From positions 1,440,001 to 1,504,000 of the forward strand of contig CAWCAG010000005.1 of NCBI GenBank assembly GCA_963793425.1: 64,000 nucleotides of DNA, read 5' to 3'. Source of the stretch: an uncultured cyanobacterium. GTDB taxonomy: Bacteria; Cyanobacteriota; Cyanobacteriia; Cyanobacteriales; CAWCAG01. Every line of letters starts with the position of its first letter. The stretch's first letter is position 1. Shown in pieces: positions 9,140 through 18,890 of the stretch. The notes under the pieces are model-generated. The model was not told the DNA's origin. It made no database searches and saw nothing but the letters and a program-made list of their open reading frames with translations. Made by a program: the position numbers and the translations under genes.

Positions 9140-10666
9140 ATGAACGTTTATCAAAAATCATTCAAGCTGATTTTAGCAGGCAATAGAAACGTTCCTGCTA
9201 TGATAAACGCTATAGTTAGGGCTACTTTGCAAGCTCGAAATGATACACAAGATAGTACCTCAACCTTCCGTCAAGTACATATTTTTCATACCGAGCAGTC
9301 ATTACAGGCTCTTACAACTTCAGCAACTTGGCAAGAAGCTTTAGAATATCATGAAATCTCCTCAACTAGCTTAGTACATCATGTAACAAAAATAGAAGAC
9401 TCTAACGTTGATAGATTTAGGGATCTTGTAGAGCAATTACGAACGATTGTGAATCCACTTGATAATGCAAAAAACTATATCGATCTGACAAGCGGTATTT
9501 CATCTCTTAAGTCTATTCTTGCTGTTTTTGCTTATGTACTTGATATAGAAAATATTTATTCTTTGGAAATAGACTTCTCTGATGATCCAGCCATCAGAAA
9601 AAAACAAGCTGGTCTTTTCTACCATGAGCTAGTGCAAGAAGGTATAGGTATAGAGTACCGCAAGTTCCCCCCTATCAGAGAGTTTGATACTTTTGGAAAA
9701 TTGAACTATACCGAAGTTTTACGTCATCGCTCGATTATTAATGAGCTTGTAGGTAGTTTGACAAGCTTATTACCTACTGGACTTGATCTGGAACATTTGC
9801 GAGAGTCACTACTATCGGGAATTAATTCTCGTTTGATCGGTGAAGTTACTAAAGAATCTTATAGTTATCGTCACTCTATTTTTGCCTCATCTGCTGGTAT
9901 TGAAGAGATTTCAAATATCATCCTGACTATCGTCAAAAATGCCGACTTGGAAAATAAAACACTTGGTCAGAATCTGACTGAAGTGAGAGATGTTTTCTCT
10001 AAAAATCCTAAATATTTTGTTAATACTGAAACATTAGAACACCTTACTAGATTGATAACTTCGATAAGAAATGATATTGCCCATCCTTCTTCAGAAAATG
10101 GCTATTCAAAAGAAATAACAGCTATTCAGTCTCGGTTATCCTCTCAGTTGGCATTTGCATTTCTGCAATTTACGACAAAAACGTTGAGTGCCTTTCTAGA
10201 TCAGAATGGCCAACTTGTAGATGTTCAAGTTCTTGAAACACCACTTGAAGAAGATCATACAGTTTTTTACTTTGGCTTCGACGGTGATTCTACTGGTGAC
10301 TATTTAGATATGGCATTTGGTGAGTCGAACGAGGATAAAGTAAGACAGCGAAGTCAGATAGTACATCACGCAATTAATGAATTAAAGAAGTTGATTTATA
10401 AAGAGACAAAAGACCATCACAGCGTACTTTTTGCTGAAGGTGATAATATTCTCTTTAAAGCACGTTATCGGGTAAGTTTGCTTAACGAGCTAAAAAGAAT
10501 TTATAAGGTTAAAACCGGTTTAACGGGCAGTATAGGATATGGTGAAACTTTGCCTGAAGTTGCGTTAGCGATGCGTCTATCTAAAGCAAAAGGTGGAGAC
10601 AATGTCATGAGTATAATTTTAAAAAATTCTGAAGAAGCAGGTACTTCAGATTCAAACGCAAGCTAA
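9140..10666 (+). CDS. CARF + HEPN + mCpol (minimal CRISPR polymerase) fusion protein
   Basis: CARF-like VHIFHTEQS and YIDLTSG (D115); HEPN RxxxxH = RNDIAH (R310); C-terminal palm domain YFGFDGDSTG (D381), AEGDNILF, GSIGYG, AMRLSK. Confidence 0.8.
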   Translation: MNVYQKSFKLILAGNRNVPAMINAIVRATLQARNDTQDSTSTFRQVHIFHTEQSLQALTTSATWQEALEYHEISSTSLVHHVTKIEDSNVDRFRDLVEQLRTIVNPLDNAKNYIDLTSGISSLKSILAVFAYVLDIENIYSLEIDFSDDPAIRKKQAGLFYHELVQEGIGIEYRKFPPIREFDTFGKLNYTEVLRHRSIINELVGSLTSLLPTGLDLEHLRESLLSGINSRLIGEVTKESYSYRHSIFASSAGIEEISNIILTIVKNADLENKTLGQNLTEVRDVFSKNPKYFVNTETLEHLTRLITSIRNDIAHPSSENGYSKEITAIQSRLSSQLAFAFLQFTTKTLSAFLDQNGQLVDVQVLETPLEEDHTVFYFGFDGDSTGDYLDMAFGESNEDKVRQRSQIVHHAINELKKLIYKETKDHHSVLFAEGDNILFKARYRVSLLNELKRIYKVKTGLTGSIGYGETLPEVALAMRLSKAKGGDNVMSIILKNSEEAGTSDSNAS

Positions 10667-10743
10667 CACTTCTCGAAAGTGGACGGACAATATCTGCTGA
10701 GTTTTGTCGTTTACGAAATATAAATAAAATAAACTCCTAAACT

Positions 10744-10908
10744 ATGAAAATAACCTTAACCCCAGCCCAACAAAACTTCATCCAAGCCAAAATTTCAACA
10801 GGCAAATACCAATCTACCCAGCAAATTATCAAAATTACCCTCCGTTTGTTTGAGGAATATGTCAAGACCTCAATGATAGATAACATCACAGACAACCAAG
10901 CAAAATAG
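10744..10908 (+). pseudogene. ParD-like ribbon-helix-helix antitoxin, 54 aa, probably truncated, no toxin partner
   Basis: Manual translation MKITLTPAQQNFIQAKISTGKYQSTQQIIKITLRLFEE...; absent from ORF track. Confidence 0.65.
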
Positions 10909-10922
10909 GAGCCAACCACATT

Positions 10923-11501
10923 ATGATCGCAGTAAAAGACAATTCCCCACAGTTGACCCCTCAAGAGTATTTTGCTTGGGAAGAAAAGCAATTAGAAAAG
11001 CACGAGTATATCGACGGGCAAGTATATGCCATGAGCGGTGGCAGCAAAAACCATAGTTTAATCTCCGTTAGATTCATTACTTTGTTTGCTAATCATCTAA
11101 AAGGGAGTGGCTGCGAAACTGGTAACTCAGACCTCAGAGTTAACATTTTTGGAACTAATGATTATACTTATCCAGATGTCAGTATAACCTGTAGTGACCA
11201 GGATAAAACTACGACTCAATACATTACCCATCCCTGTTTAATTGTTGAGGTTTTATCAGATAGCACTGAAGCCTACGACAGAGGCGGCAAGTTTAGAATG
11301 TATCGCAAAAACCCAGCTTTAAGGGACTATTTATTAGTTAGCTCTAGCCGTGTTGAAATAGATTTGTATCACAAAAATGATGCAGGTGAATGGATAATTA
11401 TTAATTACCAAAAAGGAGACACCATAGAACTTGAAAGTATTAACCTCAGTTTCTCCATAGAGCAAGTCTATCGCAACCTCAGCCTCACACCAGAATCTTG
11501 A
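10923..11501 (+). CDS. Uma2 family endonuclease-like protein
   Basis: HEYIDGQVYAMSGGS, YPDVSITC, VEVLSDSTEAYDRG. Confidence 0.92.
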   Translation: MIAVKDNSPQLTPQEYFAWEEKQLEKHEYIDGQVYAMSGGSKNHSLISVRFITLFANHLKGSGCETGNSDLRVNIFGTNDYTYPDVSITCSDQDKTTTQYITHPCLIVEVLSDSTEAYDRGGKFRMYRKNPALRDYLLVSSSRVEIDLYHKNDAGEWIIINYQKGDTIELESINLSFSIEQVYRNLSLTPES

Positions 11502-11578
11502 GCCGTTTTAGACAATGCCTGAGTTTGATTTAGCGATCGCCCAGTATATCCCATTTAAGAAAATCATCTTTCACATCC

Positions 11579-11607
11579 TTGACGCTTTTGTATTACAACT
11601 GTAATAT
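11579..11607 (+). promoter_or_regulatory. Sigma70-type promoter of rtcB overlapped by a palindromic operator
   Basis: TTGACG-17nt-TAATAT; TATTACA-ac-TGTAATA at 11591-11606. Confidence 0.65.
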
Positions 11608-11641
11608 GTAATTAGTTATCAAATAGAGAGGCGATTTAGCC

Positions 11642-12823
11642 ATGCCCTACGAAAAACTAGACTTATCTACACAAAAACCAGTGCTTTCTTGGGCAGATCA
11701 TAGCCTTGGTTCCCAGGAAACCAAAATGGCTAAGAATGTTGCTTCTCTGCCCTTTGTTTTTAAGCACGTTGCCTTAATGCCAGATGTTCATCTTGGTAAA
11801 GGGGCTTTGGTTGGCTCTGTCGTTGCAACCAAAGATGCAGTCATTCCTGCGGCTGTGGGAGTTGATATTGGTTGTGGTATGGCAGCGATTAAAACGCCTT
11901 TTGTTGCTGAACAACTGGAAGGTAAACTCAAGAAAATTCGTACCGATATTGAAGCCGCTATTCCTGTTGGTTTCAACCAGAATAAAGAAACTGACAAAAC
12001 CGTAACTAATTGGCAAGGATGGCAAGACTTTAAAGAATTGCATCCTGGGGTCAAACACTTGGATGGGAAAGCCCTGAAACAAATGGGTTCCCTCGGCGGT
12101 GGCAACCACTTTATTGAACTATGTCTTGACACAGAAGACCAAGTATGGTTGATGTTACACTCTGGTTCTCGACACATCGGCAATAAGTTGGCACAATGTC
12201 ATATTGGTACAGCAAAGGAGTTAGCGAAGTTAGCTGAAAATTCTTTACCAGATCGCGATCTTGCTTACTTTGTAGCGGGGACTCCTGAATTTGCGGCTTA
12301 CTGGCGAGACTTACAATGGGCGCAAAATTATGCCCGTTATAATCGCGATGTAATGATGAAGCGTTTTAAGGCGATTGTGGAACAATACTTAGCCGGGGGC
12401 AAGCCGACTAAGCCTTTGCTTTCTGTTAACTGTCACCACAACTACGCCGAAAAAGAAGTTCACTTTGGCGAAGAAGTCTACGTTACCCGTAAAGGTGCTG
12501 TCCGTGCGAGGGAAGAAGACTATGGTATTATTCCTGGGTCTATGGGGGCTAAATCCTATATCGTTAAGGGTAAAGGCAACCATGACAGCTACTGTAGCTG
12601 TTCCCACGGTGCAGGGCGTTTGATGTCTCGTACCAAAGCGAAAAAGAACTTTACTATTGACGATTTGGTTAAACAAACCGAAGGGATCGAATGCCGTAAA
12701 GATGAAGGGGTTTTAGACGAAATTCCTGGGGCTTACAAACCTATCGAAACGGTAATGAAACAGCAAAAGGATTTAGTAGAGGTTGTTGCTACTTTAAGAC
12801 AAGTAGTTTGTGTAAAAGGCTAA
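11642..12823 (+). CDS. rtcB: RtcB family RNA ligase
   Basis: MPDVHLGKG, VGVDIGCG, GGGNHFIE, HSGSR, HHNY, RKGA, PGSMG, SCSHGAGR, DEIPGAYK. Confidence 0.96.
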   Translation: MPYEKLDLSTQKPVLSWADHSLGSQETKMAKNVASLPFVFKHVALMPDVHLGKGALVGSVVATKDAVIPAAVGVDIGCGMAAIKTPFVAEQLEGKLKKIRTDIEAAIPVGFNQNKETDKTVTNWQGWQDFKELHPGVKHLDGKALKQMGSLGGGNHFIELCLDTEDQVWLMLHSGSRHIGNKLAQCHIGTAKELAKLAENSLPDRDLAYFVAGTPEFAAYWRDLQWAQNYARYNRDVMMKRFKAIVEQYLAGGKPTKPLLSVNCHHNYAEKEVHFGEEVYVTRKGAVRAREEDYGIIPGSMGAKSYIVKGKGNHDSYCSCSHGAGRLMSRTKAKKNFTIDDLVKQTEGIECRKDEGVLDEIPGAYKPIETVMKQQKDLVEVVATLRQVVCVKG

Positions 12824-12845
12824 CTTAAACTCATATTTCTTTACC

Positions 12846-12875
12846 ATAGAGGCATCCCCTGGGGAATGCCTCTAT
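12846..12875. terminator. Hairpin after rtcB (terminator or REP-like)
   Basis: ATAGAGGCATcccc-t-ggggaATGCCTCTAT. Confidence 0.55.
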
Positions 12876-12895
12876 TCGATTTTAAACACAAGGTA

Positions 12896-13849
12896 ATGAA
12901 AGAACTTTATCCACCCATCCAGCCTCACCGCCAAGGAAACTTACAGGTTTCTGAGTTACATAAAATTCATTGGGAAGAATCAGGGAACCCTCAAGGCAAG
13001 CCAGTTATTTTTCTTCATGGTGGCCCTGGTGGGGGAATTGTCCCGGTTTATCGCCAATATTTTAACCCGGAAAAATGGCGAGTGATTATTTTTGATCAAC
13101 GGGGTTGTGGGCAAAGTACTCCCCATGCAGAGTTACGAGAAAATACTACTTGGGATTTGGTTGAAGATATTGAGAAAATTCGCCAACATTTAGGAGTGAG
13201 TCAATGGCTAGTTTTTGGGGGTAGTTGGGGTAGCACTCTTTCCCTGGCTTACAGTCAAACTCACCCAGAAAATTGTTTGGGTTTAATCCTGCGGGGTATC
13301 TTTATGTTACGTCGCCAAGAATTGCTATGGTTTTATCAAGAAGGTGCAAGCAGAATTTTCCCTGAAGCTTGGCAAGAATATCTTAAGCCTATTCCCATGG
13401 CAGAGCGCCAAGATTTAATCTCCGCTTATTATCAAAGATTAACCAGTGCAGATCCTCAAATACGCAAAGAAGCAGCACGGGCTTGGTCAATTTGGGAAGC
13501 GAGTACCAGTAAACTATTACCATCTCCCCAATTAATCAAAAATTTTGGTGCCGATCGGTTTGCTGAAGCCTTTGCCAGAATTGAATGTCATTATTTTATG
13601 AACGGCGGCTTCCTTGAAGATGAAAACCAACTCCTACAAAATATTGACTCTATTCGCCATCTTCGAGGGGTAATTGTGCAAGGGCGTTACGATGTCGTCT
13701 GTCCGATGATTAGTGCCTGGGAATTACATCAAGCTTGGCCAGAAGCAGAACTTGTTATTATCCCCGATGCTGGGCATTCTATGACTGAACCAGGTATCCG
13801 CAGTGCTTTAATTACCGCAACAGATCGTTTTTATAGCACTACGCAATAA
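12896..13849 (+). CDS. pip: Proline iminopeptidase
   Basis: HGGPG, DQRGCG, GGSWG nucleophile, GRYD, AGHS; start placed at MKELYP. Confidence 0.95.
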   Translation: MKELYPPIQPHRQGNLQVSELHKIHWEESGNPQGKPVIFLHGGPGGGIVPVYRQYFNPEKWRVIIFDQRGCGQSTPHAELRENTTWDLVEDIEKIRQHLGVSQWLVFGGSWGSTLSLAYSQTHPENCLGLILRGIFMLRRQELLWFYQEGASRIFPEAWQEYLKPIPMAERQDLISAYYQRLTSADPQIRKEAARAWSIWEASTSKLLPSPQLIKNFGADRFAEAFARIECHYFMNGGFLEDENQLLQNIDSIRHLRGVIVQGRYDVVCPMISAWELHQAWPEAELVIIPDAGHSMTEPGIRSALITATDRFYSTTQ

Positions 13850-14082
13850 GGTGAGGACATCTTGAAATCTCTAAACTACAATACATCCTCATCTTCATCT
13901 TCCCTACTCCCTACTCCCTAGCGCTTTAGGATTGCGATCACAGCAGAAATGCAAAGCCTCCTAGAGCGTATTCTGTCTAGATGGTACTTCTGCTGTTATT
14001 GTTAAAGCAACTTGCCTTTTAGCTACCGCAACCGCGATTCTCGATAGAATAGTTGAGAGAATGCCGAATCTAAACTTAAGCA

Positions 14083-14850
14083 ATGACCTCAACTCCAGAA
14101 TTAGAAAAGCCTGCATCAAACAACGAAGATAACTATCTCAGTGAATTACCAGATGAGATAGAAATGTCGTTATTCGACCACCTCGAAGAATTACGGCAAC
14201 GCATTTTCTATGCTTTAATCGGTACTGTCGTGGGAATAGTTGGTTGTTTTTTGGCTGTACGACCCATTGTTCAGTTACTAGAATTGCCTGCTGATGGAGT
14301 CAAGTTTCTCCAATTAGCCCCAGGAGAATTCTTTTTTGTATCCATAAAAGTAGCTGGTTATAGCGGCATAGTTATTTCTAGTCCTTGGATTCTCTACCAA
14401 CTGATTCAATTCATTTTACCGGGCTTAACAAGGCGGGAAAGACGTTTAATTGGGCCGGTTGTTTTGGGTTCCAGCGTCCTGTTTTTCCTGGGTTTGATTT
14501 TTGCTTATGTAGCTTTAATTCCGGCGGCACTGAACTTTTTTATTAGTTATGGTGCAGATGTGGTAGAACAACAATGGTCAATTGATCGCTACTTTGAATT
14601 TGTCTTACTTTTGTTGTTCAGTACTGGCTTAGCTTTCCAAATTCCCATTGTGCAACTACTCTTAGGTTTGTTAAGGATCGTCTCCTCCAAAAGCATGATT
14701 TCTGGTTGGCGTTATGTAATCTTGGGGGCTTTAATTCTGGGGGCAGTACTAACACCTTCAACAGATCCTGTTACCCAATCTCTCTTGGGAGGTGCGGTTT
14801 TGAGCCTTTATTTTGGTGGTATCGGTTTAGTTAAGTTAATTGGTAGGTAG
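14083..14850 (+). CDS. tatC: Twin-arginine translocase subunit TatC
   Basis: DHLEELRQR, FILPGL, AFQIP, TPSTDP; multiple TM. Confidence 0.96.
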   Translation: MTSTPELEKPASNNEDNYLSELPDEIEMSLFDHLEELRQRIFYALIGTVVGIVGCFLAVRPIVQLLELPADGVKFLQLAPGEFFFVSIKVAGYSGIVISSPWILYQLIQFILPGLTRRERRLIGPVVLGSSVLFFLGLIFAYVALIPAALNFFISYGADVVEQQWSIDRYFEFVLLLLFSTGLAFQIPIVQLLLGLLRIVSSKSMISGWRYVILGALILGAVLTPSTDPVTQSLLGGAVLSLYFGGIGLVKLIGR

Positions 14851-14895
14851 TTCAAAGAAGGGAGTAGGAAGTAGGATTAAACTTTTTTAGAGATA

Positions 14896-15780
14896 ATGAA
14901 TAAACAAAAATTTAGTAGAATTTGTAGCTTATCGTTGGGGTTGTTACTCCTTTGTGTTAGCCCTGCTTATGCTTCTGAAGTTTCTATTCCCGTTGCTTCA
15001 GAAGAACAACAGCCCCACCAAGAGAAGATATTAACAGAACTAGAACAAGCTAATATCATTTATCTAGGAGAAAATCATGACAGTCTTGAAGATCATCAAG
15101 CCCAGTTAGAAATTATTCAAGCCCTGTATCAAAAAAATCCTCACCTTACCATCGCCTTAGAAATGTTCCAGCGTCCTTTTCAGGGGGCCATTGACGCATA
15201 TTTAGCTGGAGAAATTACCGAAGAGGAGTTAATTGAACGTAGTGAGTACGAACAACGTTGGGGGTTTCCTTGGGAATATTATGCACCCATTCTTCGTTTT
15301 GCTAAGGAACATAATTTATCAGTTTTAGCTCTCAATGCCCCCACAGAAGTAACCAGGAAAGTTGCCCGTCAGGGTTTAGAAAGTCTCACGGAAGAAGAAA
15401 AAACTTATCTTCCCCCCCTTGCTGAGATTCGTACCGATGATGCAGAATATCGGCAGATGTTGCAAGAAATCTTTCAAATGCACTCCCATCAAGGTCATGG
15501 TAATAGTGCTGGCTTCGAGAATTTTTTTGCAGCACAGGTGGTTTGGGATGAAACTATGGCTAAAACTATTGCTGAGTTTTATCAAACTAACCCCAGCCAA
15601 CAAATTATCGTTTTAGCAGGCCAAGGTCATATTGTTTACGGTTATGGTATACCCCAACGAGTTGCCAGAAGAATTAAGCAAGATTCATTTACCCAAATTT
15701 CTGTATTATTAGGAATTACTGAAGAAGAGATAACCCCAGAAAATGAAGAGGCGATCGCCGATTATTTTTGGTTCCAATAG
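14896..15780 (+). CDS. ChaN-like (haem-binding uptake, Tiki superfamily) exported protein
   Basis: YLGENHD, ALEMF, AQVVWDETMA, LAGQGH. Confidence 0.85.
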   Translation: MNKQKFSRICSLSLGLLLLCVSPAYASEVSIPVASEEQQPHQEKILTELEQANIIYLGENHDSLEDHQAQLEIIQALYQKNPHLTIALEMFQRPFQGAIDAYLAGEITEEELIERSEYEQRWGFPWEYYAPILRFAKEHNLSVLALNAPTEVTRKVARQGLESLTEEEKTYLPPLAEIRTDDAEYRQMLQEIFQMHSHQGHGNSAGFENFFAAQVVWDETMAKTIAEFYQTNPSQQIIVLAGQGHIVYGYGIPQRVARRIKQDSFTQISVLLGITEEEITPENEEAIADYFWFQ

Positions 15781-15833
15781 AGTGACCCAATTGAAATTCT
15801 GGTTAATTGATAACTGATAACTAATAACTGAAA

Positions 15834-16838
15834 ATGACCACCCCTGAAGAAATTTCCACGAAACTAAGCGCACTACAACAAGAAGCAACAACTGCGATCG
15901 CAGTATCAGAAACCTTAGAAGAATTAGAACAGTTGCGAGTCAACTATTTAGGCAAGAAAGGGCAGTTATCGCAAATCTTACGGGGTATGGGTAAATTATC
16001 CCCTCAAGAAAGACCTCAAATCGGGGCTTTAGCTAATCAGGTTAAAGAAGCTTTACAAGGAAGTTTGATAAGTTGTCGTGAGGGTTTAGAATCAGCCCAA
16101 ATCGCTACCCAATTAGAAGCAGAAACCATTGATGTAACCATGCCTGGGGTTAGTCGTCCCTTGGGTAAAACTCACCCCCTTACCGCCACTATTGAAAAAG
16201 CGGTAGATACTTTCGTCGGTTTAGGTTACACCGTTTCTGAAGGGCCAGAAATGGAAACAGATTACTATAACTTTGAAGCCCTCAACACTCCCCCAGATCA
16301 CCCAGCAAGGGATATGCAAGATACTTTCTATCTCCCTAATGGTAATCTCCTCCGTACCCATACTTCCTCAGTACAAATTCGCTACATGGAAACCCATGAA
16401 CCCCCCATCCGCATTATTGCCCCTGGGAGGGTTTATCGCCGGGATACGGTGGACTCTACCCATTCAGCCGTGTTCCACCAAATAGAATTGTTAGCTATTG
16501 ATCAGGGGCTAACTTTCACTGATTTGAAAGGGACAATCAAGGAATTTTTGGCTCAGATGTTTGGTTCCAACCTAGAAGTTATTTTCCGTGCCAGCTATTT
16601 CCCTTTCACTGAACCTTCAGCAGAGGTTGATATTAAATGGCGAGGTAAGTGGTTAGAGGTGATGGGCTGCGGTATGGTTGACCCCAATGTCCTTAAGGCA
16701 GTTGGTTATGACCCAGAAGTTTATACAGGTTTCGCAGCCGGTTTTGGGGCGGAAAGGTTTGCTTTGGTTCTACACCAAATTGATGATATTCGCCGTTTAT
16801 ATAGTAGCGATTTGCGCTTTTTACAACAGTTCCCATAA
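15834..16838 (+). CDS. pheS: Phenylalanyl-tRNA synthetase alpha subunit
   Basis: [35 protein letters not shown]. Confidence 0.98.
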   Translation: MTTPEEISTKLSALQQEATTAIAVSETLEELEQLRVNYLGKKGQLSQILRGMGKLSPQERPQIGALANQVKEALQGSLISCREGLESAQIATQLEAETIDVTMPGVSRPLGKTHPLTATIEKAVDTFVGLGYTVSEGPEMETDYYNFEALNTPPDHPARDMQDTFYLPNGNLLRTHTSSVQIRYMETHEPPIRIIAPGRVYRRDTVDSTHSAVFHQIELLAIDQGLTFTDLKGTIKEFLAQMFGSNLEVIFRASYFPFTEPSAEVDIKWRGKWLEVMGCGMVDPNVLKAVGYDPEVYTGFAAGFGAERFALVLHQIDDIRRLYSSDLRFLQQFP

Positions 16839-16859
16839 ATTTAAAATCAAGTTTTAAAT

Positions 16860-17627
16860 TTACTGCTCATAGTCCAGAATTACCTGTACCCAATGAGGAG
16901 GGCGAGGGATGGGATTACCTAATTTATCTAAAACTAATAAAGCTATTAAGTGGACGACAAATAAATAAACAAGATTACTAAAAGTAATTACCACTAAAGC
17001 GATCACTTGAATTAATAACATATTAGGCTGGGCCAGAATTCCTAATTGCAGGAACAACCAATCAGCTATTTCTGTAATTTGGGTAATTACATATACCCAA
17101 AGGTCTTCTCCAAGAAAGATAGACAGTAGCCAGAAGCGGAAAAAGAAACCAAAGCTGCCCAGTATGGTTCCCAATAAAATAGAGGAAATCCAGCTTGCAC
17201 CTCTGCGCCACATATAGCCTAACTGCACCCCCATTAAGCCATAGGGCATCACAAACAGGATGCTACGAGTTGGACCCATCAAAACAGATAATAATAGCCC
17301 AGAGACTAAAGCTGCCATCCAAGCAGCACGATTGCCTCGACGCAGGCAAACTAAGGCAACGGGAATGGGAAAGAAAATGCGTAAAACTGGCCCCAAAGGG
17401 AAATAATAGTTGATTAGCCAAATTAGACTAGCAGTACTGGCTAAAAAAGCTGTCTCTACCATCGTAATGGGAGCGCCAAGACTAACCACCGAGGAAGAAA
17501 TAACTGATTGTTTTTCTTCTTTGGTAGCTAGGGAGGAGGATTCTTCAGCATCAACCCAATTAGTCTCATCGTCCCAAATTTCTTCTTGTTGCTGCTGAGA
17601 GCTATATTCCTTGTCCTGAGAAGTCAT
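16860..17627 (-). CDS. DUF2232 family membrane protein
   Basis: VETAFLAST, LMGPTRS, multiple TM, PIPRPPHW. Confidence 0.8.
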   Translation of the reverse strand: MTSQDKEYSSQQQQEEIWDDETNWVDAEESSSLATKEEKQSVISSSVVSLGAPITMVETAFLASTASLIWLINYYFPLGPVLRIFFPIPVALVCLRRGNRAAWMAALVSGLLLSVLMGPTRSILFVMPYGLMGVQLGYMWRRGASWISSILLGTILGSFGFFFRFWLLSIFLGEDLWVYVITQITEIADWLFLQLGILAQPNMLLIQVIALVVITFSNLVYLFVVHLIALLVLDKLGNPIPRPPHWVQVILDYEQ

Positions 17628-17738
17628 ATTAAGTTCGTTTGATAGCTTCGCTCCTAGGAAAATATATCAAATTCGTCTACCTCCCATGGCCATAATTTTC
17701 TTGATCAATAAAGTTTTTCTATTCCCAATATTCCCAAT

Positions 17739-18446
17739 CTAAGCAATTATCCGTTCTAAAGCTTGTATATCAGGAATACGCAGAACATTACTATCGCGAG
17801 CAATTAAATTTCTTTTCTCTAATTTAGTTAAGACACGAGTAACTGTTTCCCTCGCTAAGCCACTGAGACTACTAAGTTCTCGGTGAGGTAAATTAGGAAT
17901 CTCTGTACCAAGTTCTGCTTGTTTTCCTTGCCCCTCCGCTAAAAATAAAATTGTATCCGCCACGCGAGATAAACTATCCGCCTCTCGCAGTCTCAACCTC
18001 CGGTTAACTTGGCGTAGCCGTTTCGCCATAAGTTGTGCTAGGCGCAAACCAGCTAAGGGTTCGCTGCGGATTAATTCAGTAAAGTCTTGGGCAGGTACGC
18101 TGCTAATTTTGGTAGGGGTTAAGGTAATGACATCAGTAGAACGAGGTACTTCGTCCATAGCAGCCATTTCCCCAAAAACTTCTCCGTTACCAAGAATGTT
18201 TAAGGTAACTTCTTTGCCATCTAAATTGTAGGTGCGAATCTTGACCCAGCCTTCGAGGATGAAGTAAACAGAACCCCCCCAGTCGTTTTCTAATAAAATA
18301 ACTTGGTTAGAAGGGTGGCTGCGAGTGACCACATGACAAGTGGCTTTTTCGACACTCGCTTCAGGTAAGCCAGAAAAGACAGGCGCTGAGCCTACTAGCT
18401 TACTAATATCTGAGTCAGATTCGCGGGAGCTGTATCGGTCTTCCAT
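17739..18446 (-). CDS. Crp/Fnr family transcriptional regulator
   Basis: cNMP domain FGEMA...PRST; HTH GLARETVTRVL. Confidence 0.92.
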   Translation of the reverse strand: MEDRYSSRESDSDISKLVGSAPVFSGLPEASVEKATCHVVTRSHPSNQVILLENDWGGSVYFILEGWVKIRTYNLDGKEVTLNILGNGEVFGEMAAMDEVPRSTDVITLTPTKISSVPAQDFTELIRSEPLAGLRLAQLMAKRLRQVNRRLRLREADSLSRVADTILFLAEGQGKQAELGTEIPNLPHRELSSLSGLARETVTRVLTKLEKRNLIARDSNVLRIPDIQALERIIA

Positions 18447-18890
18447 TAGCCCAAAGCAAATGTTAACAATCCCACGGCAGATTTACCGCAAGAATTTTTC
18501 TTACAGAGATAATTTCTTTGCTCTGTCCAAAGCATAGATAGTTTAACCCACGGTAGTTTTTGGTAGATAACTATTTTCTTCTCTATTATGGTTTTTTGTA
18601 CAGACTAAATATAACTCTATAGGTGAATTTTTCTATAGCGACACTTATCCTGACTGAGGTTTAAGTTCCTTGTCAAGAGTAGTAGCACTTGTTTAAATTT
18701 GGGGAGCATTTTAACTAGTCTTGAATAAGTCTATCATTGGTTTAACAGCTCAGGGCATCGGGGAAGCAATAGCCTGGGAATTATTTCCTAACTTTACTCC
18801 CTAACCTTAAAGTAATGTATGTGCTAGCCAATACGAGTCCCTCTCACAAAACTTCTCATTTGTAACTTTCAACGCCAAGGGTTCCCAACT

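Noticed and set aside
9140..10666. Absence of HIP1 in the mCpol gene as proof of horizontal transfer
   Set aside because: At roughly one HIP1 per 2 kb, a 1.5-kb gap is expected by chance
17739..18446. Calling the Crp-family gene ntcA
   Set aside because: HTH reads RETVTR rather than NtcA's RVTVTR, and the cNMP-binding residues are retained
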